From NCBI GenBank assembly GCA_016716745.1, contig JADJVD010000006.1:53840-117839 (forward strand): 64,000 nt of DNA, written 5' to 3'. Under the pieces are notes generated by a model that saw only the letters and a program-made list of their open reading frames with translations, was not told the origin of the DNA and did not search any database. The first letter of the stretch is position 1, and every line of letters starts with the position of its first letter. The stretch comes from Hyphomicrobiales bacterium (lineage in GTDB: Bacteria > Pseudomonadota > Alphaproteobacteria > Rhizobiales > Beijerinckiaceae). Positions 9,436-17,933 of the stretch are shown here, one piece after another. The translations under genes and the position numbers were made by a program.

Positions 9436-10322
9436 GCTCACATAACGATCATGCTGCGCCGGTCGATCCGGTCACCGGCATGGCCACGACGGGCCACAGC
9501 TGGGACGGGATCAGCGAACTGAACACGCCGCTTCCGAAATGGTGGCTGTGGATTTTCTACGCGACCATCGTCTGGGCGCTCGGCTACTTCGTCGTCTATC
9601 CGTCCTGGCCGCTCGCGCAGGGCTACATGCCGGGCATCTGGAACTGGTCGTCGCGCGCCGCCGTGTCGGCGGACGTGGCCGAGCTCCAGAAGATGCGGTC
9701 TGCCGACAACGCCAAGCTGGCGGCGATGCCGCTGGCGGACGTCGCCAAGGACCCGAAAATGCTCGCCTTCGCCCAGGCGCAGGGCAAGGCGGCCTTCGGC
9801 GACAACTGCGCGCCGTGCCACGGCGCGGGCGGCGGCGGCGCCAAGGGCTACCCCAACCTGAACGACGACGACTGGTTGTGGGGCGGCAAGATCGACCAGA
9901 TTCTCGAGACCATCGCGGTCGGCATCCGGTCCACCCACGCCCAGACCCGCGCCGGCGCGATGACCGCCTTCGGCGCGGCCCCCTCGCCGATCCTCAACAA
10001 GGACCAGATCGGCCAGGTCGCCGATTACGTCCTGTCGCTGTCGGGCAAGGCGGATCCGAAGGCCGACGTGAAGGCCGGCCAGCAGATTTTCGCCGAGAAC
10101 TGCGCCGTCTGCCACGGCGATAACGCCAAGGGAAATCAGGACCTTGGCGCGCCGAACCTGACGGATGCGATCTGGCTCTACGGGGCGGACAAGGCCACGA
10201 TCGTCGAGGCTGTGACCAACGGTCGCGGCGGGGTCATGCCGACTTGGAGCGGCCGACTCGATGACACAACTATCAAGTCGCTGGCCGTCTACGTCCACAC
10301 GCTCGGCGGCGGCGTGAAGTAA
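9432..10322 (+). CDS. ccoP: cbb3-type cytochrome c oxidase subunit III (diheme)
   Basis: 296 aa, N-terminal TM, two CxxCH sites (CAPCHG, CAVCHG). Confidence 0.95.
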   Translation: MSSHNDHAAPVDPVTGMATTGHSWDGISELNTPLPKWWLWIFYATIVWALGYFVVYPSWPLAQGYMPGIWNWSSRAAVSADVAELQKMRSADNAKLAAMPLADVAKDPKMLAFAQAQGKAAFGDNCAPCHGAGGGGAKGYPNLNDDDWLWGGKIDQILETIAVGIRSTHAQTRAGAMTAFGAAPSPILNKDQIGQVADYVLSLSGKADPKADVKAGQQIFAENCAVCHGDNAKGNQDLGAPNLTDAIWLYGADKATIVEAVTNGRGGVMPTWSGRLDDTTIKSLAVYVHTLGGGVK

Positions 10323-10331
10323 CTGTCCTGT

Positions 10332-10353
10332 CCGTCGCTTTTCGGGGCGACGG
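10332..10353 (+). terminator. weak hairpin after ccoP (CCGTCGC-N8-GCGACGG followed by TTGAAAT)
   Basis: 7-bp stem read directly from the sequence, with a poor U-tract. It may only attenuate between ccoNOQP and ccoGHIS. Confidence 0.3.
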
Positions 10354-10455
10354 TTGAAATCGCGGCGCGGGGGAGTAGGTATCGTCGCCATGGCGACGCC
10401 GCCTCCGCGCCGTGCGCTTTTTCGGACACCAGCCGGCGGGGCCGGTGAGGAAAGG

Positions 10456-11949
10456 ATGCGACGAATGAGCCTCGGCGTTGAGCGGGCCCCCACACCCGCG
10501 CCCTCCGCTGACGCGCCGGCCGTGGTGAGCGCCGACGACATCGAACTTTATCGTTCGAGACGGAAGATCTACCCCAGAGCACGCACGGCCGCTTCCGCTC
10601 CATCAAATGGGCGCTGCTGATCGTCACGCTCGGCATCTACTATTTCATGCCGCTCATCCGCTGGGATCGCGGCCCGCATTCGCCGAGCCAGGCGGTGCTG
10701 CTCGATATGCCGAACCGTCGCTTCTATTTCTTCTGGATCGAGATCTGGCCGCAGGAAGTCTATTTCATCACCGGCCTGCTGATCCTCGCCGCGCTGACGC
10801 TGTTCCTGATGAACGCGGTCGCCGGCCGCGTCTGGTGCGGCTATCTGTGCTGGCAGACGGTGTGGACCGATCTGTTCCAGATGATCGAGCGCTGGACGGA
10901 GGGCGACCGCCGCGAGCACTACAAGGCCGACCAGCAGCCCTGGACCGCCCAGCGAGTCGGCCGCCGGGCCCTGAAGTACCTGCTCTGGCTGATGGTCGCC
11001 TGGTGGACGGGCGGCGCCTGGGTTCTCTACTTCTCGGACGCGCCGACGCTCGTGAAGCAGCTCCACCTTCGAGGCGCCCACCATCGCCTACATCTGGATC
11101 GGCATCCTGACGGTGACGACCTTCGTGTTCGGCGGCTTGATGCGCGAGCAGGTGTGCATCTACATGTGCCCGTGGCCGCGCATTCAGGCCGCGCTCACGG
11201 ACGAGCACGCGCTCAACGTCACCTATCGCTATGATCGCGGCGAGCCGCGCATGTCGGTCAAGAAGGCGACCTCGCTGCGCGCCGCCGGCAAGCCGGCCGG
11301 CGATTGCGTCGATTGCGACCAGTGCGTCGCCGTGTGCCCGACGGGCGTCGACATCCGCAAGGGCCTGCAGCTCGATTGCATCCAGTGCGGCCTCTGCATC
11401 GACGCCTGCAACAACGTCATGGCCAAGATCGGTCGCCCGGCGGATCTCATCGCCTACGACACCGACATCAACGTCAAGCGTCGTCAGGCGGGTCAGGCCG
11501 AAGAGTTCCACATCATGCGGCCGCGCACATGGCTGTATGCGGGCCTCATCGCGCTCGTCGCGGGCATCATGCTGGCGGCGCTGCTGATGCGCAACGACGT
11601 CGGCGTCAACGCGATGCATGATCGCAACCCGATCTTCGTCAGCCTGTCAGACGGCTCGTTGCGCAACGCCTATACGGTCAACCTCCTCAACAAGAGGTCC
11701 GAGCCGCGCACCTTCGTCCTGCAGGTCGACAATCTGCCCGGCGCCAAGGTGGAGACGGCGGGCCAGGCGGGTGAGGAAAACGGCTCTCCGGTGATCGAGG
11801 TCGGCCCCGACCAGTCGCGCCAGATGCGCGTGCTGATCACCATGCCGCCGGGCGCCAAGGTCGCCGCGCAGACGCCGATCAGCTTCAAACTCGTCGACAA
11901 GAAGACCGGCCGCGTCGCCACGCACGCCGACCACTTCTTCGGTCCGTAA
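10456..11949 (+). pseudogene. ccoG: cbb3 oxidase assembly ferredoxin/cupric reductase CcoG (FixG), reading frame interrupted twice
   Basis: Three collinear FixG-like segments lie in frames 1, 0 and 1. The first is MRRMSLGVERAP...ELYRSRRKIYP (from ATG 10456, with GAGGAAAGG upstream). The second is QSTHGRFRSIKWALLIVTLGIYYFMPLIRWDRGP...RRFYFFWIEIWPQEVYF...GRVWCGYLCWQTVWTDLF...APTLVKQL. The third is TFEAPTIAYIWIGILTVTTFVFGGLMREQVCIYMCPWPRIQ...CVDCDQCVAVCPTG...CIQCGLCIDAC to the stop at 11949. The junctions are at the C-run 10572-10575 and near 11061-11066. The total length is a multiple of 3. Confidence 0.85.
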
Positions 11950-11961
11950 CGGAGATCCGAC

Positions 11962-12495
11962 ATGTCAGCCATTCCGGACCCCGAAAATCCCACGGCCGGC
12001 AGCGACTACACGCCGGGCGGCTTCAAGCTGACCGGCAAGCGCGTCCTGTTCATGATGCTGGCCTTCGTCGCGACCTTCGTGACGGTGGACATCTACATGT
12101 TCTCCGTCGCCCGCTCGACCTTCGGCGGGCTCGTCACGCAGGCCTCGTTCCGCGAGGGCGTGAAGTATGACGAGCAGATCGCGGCCAGCCGCTCGCAGGA
12201 GGAGCGCGGCTGGAAAGTCGACGCGCAGGTCGCGCCCGCCGAGGGCGGCGCCGCGGTGATGGTGCGGCCGGTCGACAGGGACGGCAAGCCGATCGTCGGC
12301 CTCACCGGCTCTGCCACCTTCTCTCATCCCACGGACGCGCGTCACGACGTGGCGGTGGAGCTGACGGAGACGAGCGCCGGCGTCTATGCCGGGCGGGGCG
12401 CGCCCACGCCCGGCGCCTACACGCTCATTCTCGATCTCGCCCGCAATGGCGAGCGCATGTTCATGTCGCGGAACCGCATCAACGTCGGCTCCTGA
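11962..12495 (+). CDS. ccoH: cbb3 oxidase assembly protein CcoH/FixH
   Basis: 177 aa with a single N-terminal TM (VLFMMLAFVATFVTVDIYMF). It sits directly after ccoG. Confidence 0.85.
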   Translation: MSAIPDPENPTAGSDYTPGGFKLTGKRVLFMMLAFVATFVTVDIYMFSVARSTFGGLVTQASFREGVKYDEQIAASRSQEERGWKVDAQVAPAEGGAAVMVRPVDRDGKPIVGLTGSATFSHPTDARHDVAVELTETSAGVYAGRGAPTPGAYTLILDLARNGERMFMSRNRINVGS

Positions 12496-12501
12496 GGCGC
12501 G

Positions 12502-14736
12502 ATGGCCGAAGCGGTCGACTATTCCCTCTTCGTTGACCGTTCGGGCGACGGCGCCTCGCGCATCGAGTTCGCGGTCGAGGGCGGCGAGGCGCCGCTGTCG
12601 ATCAGCGCCATCGAGCGCACGCTCGCCGCGCTGCCGGGGCTCGACGACGCGCGCCTCAATCTGACGAAGCGCCGCGTCACGCTCGCCTGGCGCGACGCCT
12701 CGTTCGATCCGGCGACGGCGATCGCGGCGTTGCGCGAGCTCGGCGTCAAGTCGCATCCCTTGCGCGTCGATCACGGCGAGGAGGCCGAGGCGCGCCACGC
12801 GCAATGGCTGCTGAAGTGCGTTGGCGTCGCCGCTTTCGCGACGATGAACATCATGCTTCTGTCGGTGTCGGTGTGGGCGGGCAACGCCACCGACATCTCG
12901 CCCGAGACGCGCGATTTCTTCCATTGGCTGTCGGCGCTGATCGCCATTCCGGCCGTCGCCTACGCCGGCCAGCCTTTCTTCCGGAGCGCCGCCGCCGCGC
13001 TCGGCCGGCGCGAGTTGAACATGGACGTGCCGATCTCGCTCGGCGTCCTGCTCGCCGTCGGCATGTCGCTCTACGAGACCGCCAATCACGCCGAACACGC
13101 CTATTTCGATTCGGCGACGATGCTGCTGCTGTTCCTGCTGGCCGGCCGCTTTCTCGACCAGTCGATGCGCCGGCGCACCCGCGCGGCGGCCGGCAATCTC
13201 GCCGCGTTGAAGGGCGAGACCGCGCGCCGCCTCGGCGCCGACGACGAGCCGGTGACGGTGCCCGTCGCCGCCCTTCAGCCGGGGGATCGCGTTGTCGTGC
13301 GGCCGGGCGAGCGCATCCCGGCGGACGGCGTCGTGCTGAGCGGGGCTTCCACACTCGACGACAGCGTCATCACCGGCGAGACGGCGCGCCGGCCGGTGGC
13401 GGCGCAGGATCGCGTGCACGCCGGCGGCCTGAATTTCGAGGGCGCGCTGGTCGTCGAGGTCACAGCGGCGGCGGCGGATTCGCTGCTCGACGAGATCGAA
13501 CGGCTGGTCGAACGGGCGGCCGACGCCAAATCGCGCACGCTGCGTCTCGCCGATCGCGTCGCCCGTCGCTACGCGCCGGTCGTGCATGTCACCGCCTTCG
13601 CCACCGCCGTCGGCTGGATCCTCGCCGGCGCGGGCGTCCATGCCGCCATCGTCACGGCGATCGCCGTCCTCATCATCACCTGTCCCTGCGCGCTCGCGCT
13701 CGCAGTGCCGGCGGTGCAGGTGGTGGCGAGCGGCGCGCTGTTCCGCGCCGGCGTGCTGCTCAACGCCAGCGATGCGCTGGAGCGCTGCGCGGGCGTCGAC
13801 ACCATCGTCTTCGACAAGACCGGCACGCTGACTCTGCCCGAGCCCGGCGTCGCCAACCGCGCCGACGTCGCGCCCGATCTCGTCGCCGCCGCCGGCCGTC
13901 TGGCGCAGTCGAGCCGTCATCCGCTCGCGCTGGCGCTCGCCCGCGAGGCGCGCGACCGCCGGCCCCTGCTGGACGCGGCGGAGGAGCCCGGCCGCGGCGT
14001 GCGCGCCGTGATCGAGGGGGTCGAGGCGCGGCTGGGATCGCCGTCGTTCTGCGATGTCGCCGCGCCGGCGCCGGCGTCCGGTTCGACCATCTGCTTCCGC
14101 CTCGGCGAGCGCACGGCCGTGTTCGCCATCCGCCAGACGCTGCGTCCGGCCGCCGTCGAAACCGTGCAGGCGCTGGCGCGCACGGGGCTGCGCCTGATCA
14201 TCCTGTCGGGAGACGCGCCGGCGGCGGTCGCGCCCATCGCCGAAATGCTCGGCGTCGCCGAGGCGCGCGGCGGCCTCAAGCCCGCCGACAAGATCGCCGC
14301 CGTCGAGGCGCTGAAGGCGGAAGGGCGCACGGTGCTGATGGTCGGCGACGGGCTGAACGACGCGCCGGCGCTCGCCGCCGCCGACGCCTCGCTCTCGCCC
14401 ATCGCCGCCGTCGATCTCGCCCGCGCGCAGGCGGACGCCGTGTTTCTCGGCGAGACGCTCGCGCCGGTCGCCGACATGCTGCGCGTCTCCCGCAAGGCGA
14501 TGGCGCTGATGCGCCAGAATCTCGGCATTGCGGTCGTCTACAACCTCGTCGCCGTGCCGCTCGCCATTCTGGGCTATGTCACGCCGCTGGTCGCGGCCGC
14601 CGCCATGTCCGGCTCCTCGATCATCGTCACATTGAACGCCTTGCGCGCCGGGCCGATCCGGCCGAAGGATCGGGACAGGGCCGCGCCTGTCAACATCGAG
14701 GCGATGCGCGCGCTCGCGCCGGAGGTTCTGCCGTGA
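12502..14736 (+). CDS. ccoI: copper-translocating P1B-type ATPase CcoI/FixI
   Basis: 744 aa. Motifs present are CPC (ITCPCALALAVP), DKTGTLT and GDGLNDAPAL. Confidence 0.95.
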   Translation: MAEAVDYSLFVDRSGDGASRIEFAVEGGEAPLSISAIERTLAALPGLDDARLNLTKRRVTLAWRDASFDPATAIAALRELGVKSHPLRVDHGEEAEARHAQWLLKCVGVAAFATMNIMLLSVSVWAGNATDISPETRDFFHWLSALIAIPAVAYAGQPFFRSAAAALGRRELNMDVPISLGVLLAVGMSLYETANHAEHAYFDSATMLLLFLLAGRFLDQSMRRRTRAAAGNLAALKGETARRLGADDEPVTVPVAALQPGDRVVVRPGERIPADGVVLSGASTLDDSVITGETARRPVAAQDRVHAGGLNFEGALVVEVTAAAADSLLDEIERLVERAADAKSRTLRLADRVARRYAPVVHVTAFATAVGWILAGAGVHAAIVTAIAVLIITCPCALALAVPAVQVVASGALFRAGVLLNASDALERCAGVDTIVFDKTGTLTLPEPGVANRADVAPDLVAAAGRLAQSSRHPLALALAREARDRRPLLDAAEEPGRGVRAVIEGVEARLGSPSFCDVAAPAPASGSTICFRLGERTAVFAIRQTLRPAAVETVQALARTGLRLIILSGDAPAAVAPIAEMLGVAEARGGLKPADKIAAVEALKAEGRTVLMVGDGLNDAPALAAADASLSPIAAVDLARAQADAVFLGETLAPVADMLRVSRKAMALMRQNLGIAVVYNLVAVPLAILGYVTPLVAAAAMSGSSIIVTLNALRAGPIRPKDRDRAAPVNIEAMRALAPEVLP

Positions 14737-14882
14737 ACGTGCTGATCTATCTCGTTCCGCTCGCGCTCGGCGTCGGCCTGATAGCGCTGTTCGCCTTCTT
14801 CTGGGCGCTGAAGAACGGCCAGTTCGACGATCCCGACGGCGCCGCCCATCGCATCCTCTCGGACGACGATCTGAAGAAATGA
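14733..14882 (+). CDS. ccoS: cbb3 oxidase maturation protein CcoS/FixS
   Basis: Not listed as its own ORF. GTG 14733 overlaps the ccoI stop (GTGA). It reads VNVLIYLVPLALGVGLIALFAFFWALKNGQFDDPDGAAHRILSDDDLKK (49 aa), the typical FixS sequence. Confidence 0.85.
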   Translation: MNVLIYLVPLALGVGLIALFAFFWALKNGQFDDPDGAAHRILSDDDLKK

Positions 14883-16042
14883 AAGCGTCGGACCGTCTCG
14901 CGAGCGTGCCGCGCGCCGGGCGCCTCGCCTGCTTCTGTCCGCCGGGCGTCGCCCCGGACGAGGAGGAGCGGGCCGCCCCCTCCGCGCTGTCGCGCTACGC
15001 GCTGACGCTCACCGTCGTCGGCTTCGCCCTGTCGGTGCTCGCGCAGACGCTCGCCATCGGCATCCTTCCCATCGCCGGCCTGCTGATCGCGCCGACGCCG
15101 GGCCTGTCCACCGCTCCCTATGCCGCCCTGCTGCTTGGCGCGGCGGTGGCGACCTTCCCGGCCTCCTTCCTCGAAGGCGCCTTCGGGCGGCGCGCCGCCT
15201 TCGCGCTCGGGGCCAGCCACGGCGTCGCCGGCGGGCTGGTGATGGCCTGGGCCATCGGAGCGCAGCATTTTGTCGCCTTCTGTCTCGGCGCGTTCTGGCT
15301 CGGCGTGGCGCAGGGCTTCAGCCTGTTCTACCGCCATATCGTCGGGCTCGACGCGCGGGCAGGCGCCTCGCGGGCGATGGCCACCGTGTTCGGCGCCGGC
15401 GCCTTCGCCGGCCTCGCCGGTCCGGCGCTCGCCGCCTTCGCCGCCGACATGGCGCCCTCACAGGTCTATGCCGGCGCCGCCGCCACGGCCGCCTTCGTGC
15501 AGGTGGCGGTGATGGCGCTGGCGCTCGCCGCGCCGGTCGGCGCCGCGATCAGCACGGACGCCGTGCTGCGCGAGCCCGAGCCGCTCGCCTGGCGCGACAT
15601 GGCCGCGCCCACCGCGCTCGGCGCCGTCGCCTGGTTCGCCATGACGGCGATCATGGTGGCGAGCCCCGGCGCGATGATCGGCTGCGGCATCGCCGCCAGC
15701 GCGGCCACCGGCGCGGTCGCCTGGCATGTCGTGGCGATGTACGCGCCGGCCCTCGTCGTGCCGTGGCTGGCGCGCTGGATCGGCGTCGGCCCGCTCGCCG
15801 CGCTCGGCCTGGCGCTGATCGCCTTCGCCAAGTGGATGACGCTCGGCGCCGACCAGTATCTCGCCTTCGTCGTCGCGCTGATCGTCGTCGCGGTCGGCTG
15901 GGCGTGGACGACGGCGGCGGCGACGCAATGGCTGCATTCGGCCGGCGGAACGCCCTCGCGCCTGCAACTGGCGCTGCACGACGCCGCGCTGTTCGCCTCG
16001 GCGGTGGCCGGCGCGCTGATCGCCGCGCCGAAGATCGGCTGA
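14879..16042 (+). CDS. MFS-type membrane transporter
   Basis: 387 aa with about 12 predicted hydrophobic helices. Its ATG overlaps the ccoS stop (ATGA), so it is probably cotranscribed. Confidence 0.75.
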   Translation: MKASDRLASVPRAGRLACFCPPGVAPDEEERAAPSALSRYALTLTVVGFALSVLAQTLAIGILPIAGLLIAPTPGLSTAPYAALLLGAAVATFPASFLEGAFGRRAAFALGASHGVAGGLVMAWAIGAQHFVAFCLGAFWLGVAQGFSLFYRHIVGLDARAGASRAMATVFGAGAFAGLAGPALAAFAADMAPSQVYAGAAATAAFVQVAVMALALAAPVGAAISTDAVLREPEPLAWRDMAAPTALGAVAWFAMTAIMVASPGAMIGCGIAASAATGAVAWHVVAMYAPALVVPWLARWIGVGPLAALGLALIAFAKWMTLGADQYLAFVVALIVVAVGWAWTTAAATQWLHSAGGTPSRLQLALHDAALFASAVAGALIAAPKIG

Positions 16043-16046
16043 GCCA

Positions 16047-17933
16047 ATGCGCGCGCCCACGCTCCCGCGGCTCGAGCCCGAGGAGCGCGACGCGCTGCTG
16101 CTCGCCGCCGCGCCGGCGACGGCGCTGGCGCTCGGCGCGGCGTTGTGGACGGCGGGGCGCGCCGATCTCGCCCATTGGACATGGATGGCCGGCGTCCTCC
16201 CCGTGCTCGCCGCGCTGGTCGTCTCCATCGTGCGCTCGCTCGCCAAGGGCGATTTCGGCCTCGACGTGATCGCCGGCTTCGCGATGGCGGGCGCGCTGGC
16301 GACGGGGGAGGCGCTCGCCGGGTGCGTCGTCGCGCTGATGCTGTCGGGCGGGCAGGCGCTCGAATCCTACGCCCAGCGCCGCGCCCGCCACGAGATGACG
16401 GCGCTGCTCGGCCGCGTGCCGCGCGCGGCCAGCGTCTATGTCGGCGGCCGGCTCGAGACGCGCGGGATCGAGGCGATCCTGCCCGGAGACCGGCTGCTGA
16501 TCCGCGCCGGCGAAGTCCTGCCCGTGGACGGGCGGCTCGCCAGCGCCGGCGCTGCGCTCGACGAATCCGCGCTCACCGGCGAGTCGCTGCCGGTCGACTA
16601 TCGCGAAGGCGCCGAACTCGACAGCGGCGCAACCAACGCCGGCGAGCCGTTCGATCTCGTGGCGCTGCGGCCGGCCGCCGAATCGACCTACGCCGGCGTC
16701 GTTCGTCTGGTCGAGAGCGCCCGCCGTTCGCGCGCGCCGATGTCGCGCCTCGCCGACGCATATGCGCTCGGCTTTCTCGCGCTCACCGCCGCGTTGACGG
16801 CGCTCGCCTGGGCGCTGACGGGCGACCCGCGCCGCGCGCTCGCGGTTCTCGTCGTGGCGACGCCGTGTCCATTGATTCTGGCCGTCCCGGTGGCGGTCGT
16901 CGCCGGCATGTCGCGCTGCGCCCGGCGCGGCGTGCTGGTGAAGTCGGCGGCCGTGCTGGAGGCGCTGCCGCAGGTCCGCAGCCTGCTGATCGACAAGACC
17001 GGCACCTTGACCACCGGCCGGCCGCGACTGGTCGCCGTCGAGCCTGCGCCGGGCGTCGCCGAGGTCGACCTCGTGCTTTTCGCCGCCTCGCTGGCGCAGG
17101 GATCGCAGCATCCGGTGTCGGCGGCTCTCGTCGACCATGCCCGGCGGGACGGCCTGTCGCTCGCCGCGCCGACGCGCGTCAGCGAGCAGGCGGGCGTCGG
17201 CGTGACCGGCGAGGTCGCCGGCCGGCTCGTCGCGCTCGGCCGACCCGACGCGGATGACGGCAGCGAACCGCCGCCGCCCGGCGTCCTCGCCGTCGCCGTC
17301 GCGCTCGACGGGCGGCCCGCCGGCCGCCTGCTGCTCGCCGATCCGGTGCGGCCCGAGGCGGCGCAGGCGCTCGCCCGGCTGCGCGCCGAGGGCCTCGCGC
17401 GCATCGTCCTGGTCTCCGGCGACCGGGCTGACGTGGCGGAGCATGTCGGCCGCGAACTCGGCCTCGACGCGGTGGTCTCTGAGGCGACGCCGGCCGAAAA
17501 GCTCGCCGCCGTCGCCGACGCGCGTCGCTTCGGCCCGGTGATGATGGTCGGCGACGGCGTCAACGACGCGCCGGCGCTCGCCGCCGCCGATGTCGGGATC
17601 GCCATCGCCGCGCGCGGCGCGGCGGCGGCGTCCGAGGCGGCGGACGTCATCCTCGTCGCCGACAGGATCGACCGGATCGGCGAGGCCATCGCCGTCGCCC
17701 GCCGCACGCGCGAGATCGCGGTGCAGAGCGTCGTCGCCGGCCTCGGCCTGTCGCTCGCCGGCATGGTCGCGGCCGCCTTCGGCTTCCTCACCCCGCTCGC
17801 CGGCGCGCTGTTGCAGGAGGCGATCGACGTCGCCGTCGTGCTGAACGCGCTGCGCGCGCTCGGCGGTCAGACGCCCGAGGCCGCGCCCGTCGCGGCGAGC
17901 GCGCCGCGCGCCGCCGAGAGCGCGGCGGCCTGA
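16047..17933 (+). CDS. heavy-metal P1B-type ATPase with a TPCP transmembrane motif and no N-terminal CxxC domain (P1B-5-like)
   Basis: 628 aa. Motifs present are VVATPCPLILAVP, DKTGTLT and GDGVNDAPAL. It starts 4 nt after the MFS stop. Confidence 0.9.
   Translation: MRAPTLPRLEPEERDALLLAAAPATALALGAALWTAGRADLAHWTWMAGVLPVLAALVVSIVRSLAKGDFGLDVIAGFAMAGALATGEALAGCVVALMLSGGQALESYAQRRARHEMTALLGRVPRAASVYVGGRLETRGIEAILPGDRLLIRAGEVLPVDGRLASAGAALDESALTGESLPVDYREGAELDSGATNAGEPFDLVALRPAAESTYAGVVRLVESARRSRAPMSRLADAYALGFLALTAALTALAWALTGDPRRALAVLVVATPCPLILAVPVAVVAGMSRCARRGVLVKSAAVLEALPQVRSLLIDKTGTLTTGRPRLVAVEPAPGVAEVDLVLFAASLAQGSQHPVSAALVDHARRDGLSLAAPTRVSEQAGVGVTGEVAGRLVALGRPDADDGSEPPPPGVLAVAVALDGRPAGRLLLADPVRPEAAQALARLRAEGLARIVLVSGDRADVAEHVGRELGLDAVVSEATPAEKLAAVADARRFGPVMMVGDGVNDAPALAAADVGIAIAARGAAAASEAADVILVADRIDRIGEAIAVARRTREIAVQSVVAGLGLSLAGMVAAAFGFLTPLAGALLQEAIDVAVVLNALRALGGQTPEAAPVAASAPRAAESAAA

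Noticed and set aside
10384-10397. A perfect 14-bp palindrome, GTCGCCATGGCGAC, lies between ccoP and ccoG.
   Set aside because: It has no resemblance to FNR or other sites I recognise. It is short and GC-rich, so it could occur by chance. It is not supported as an operator.
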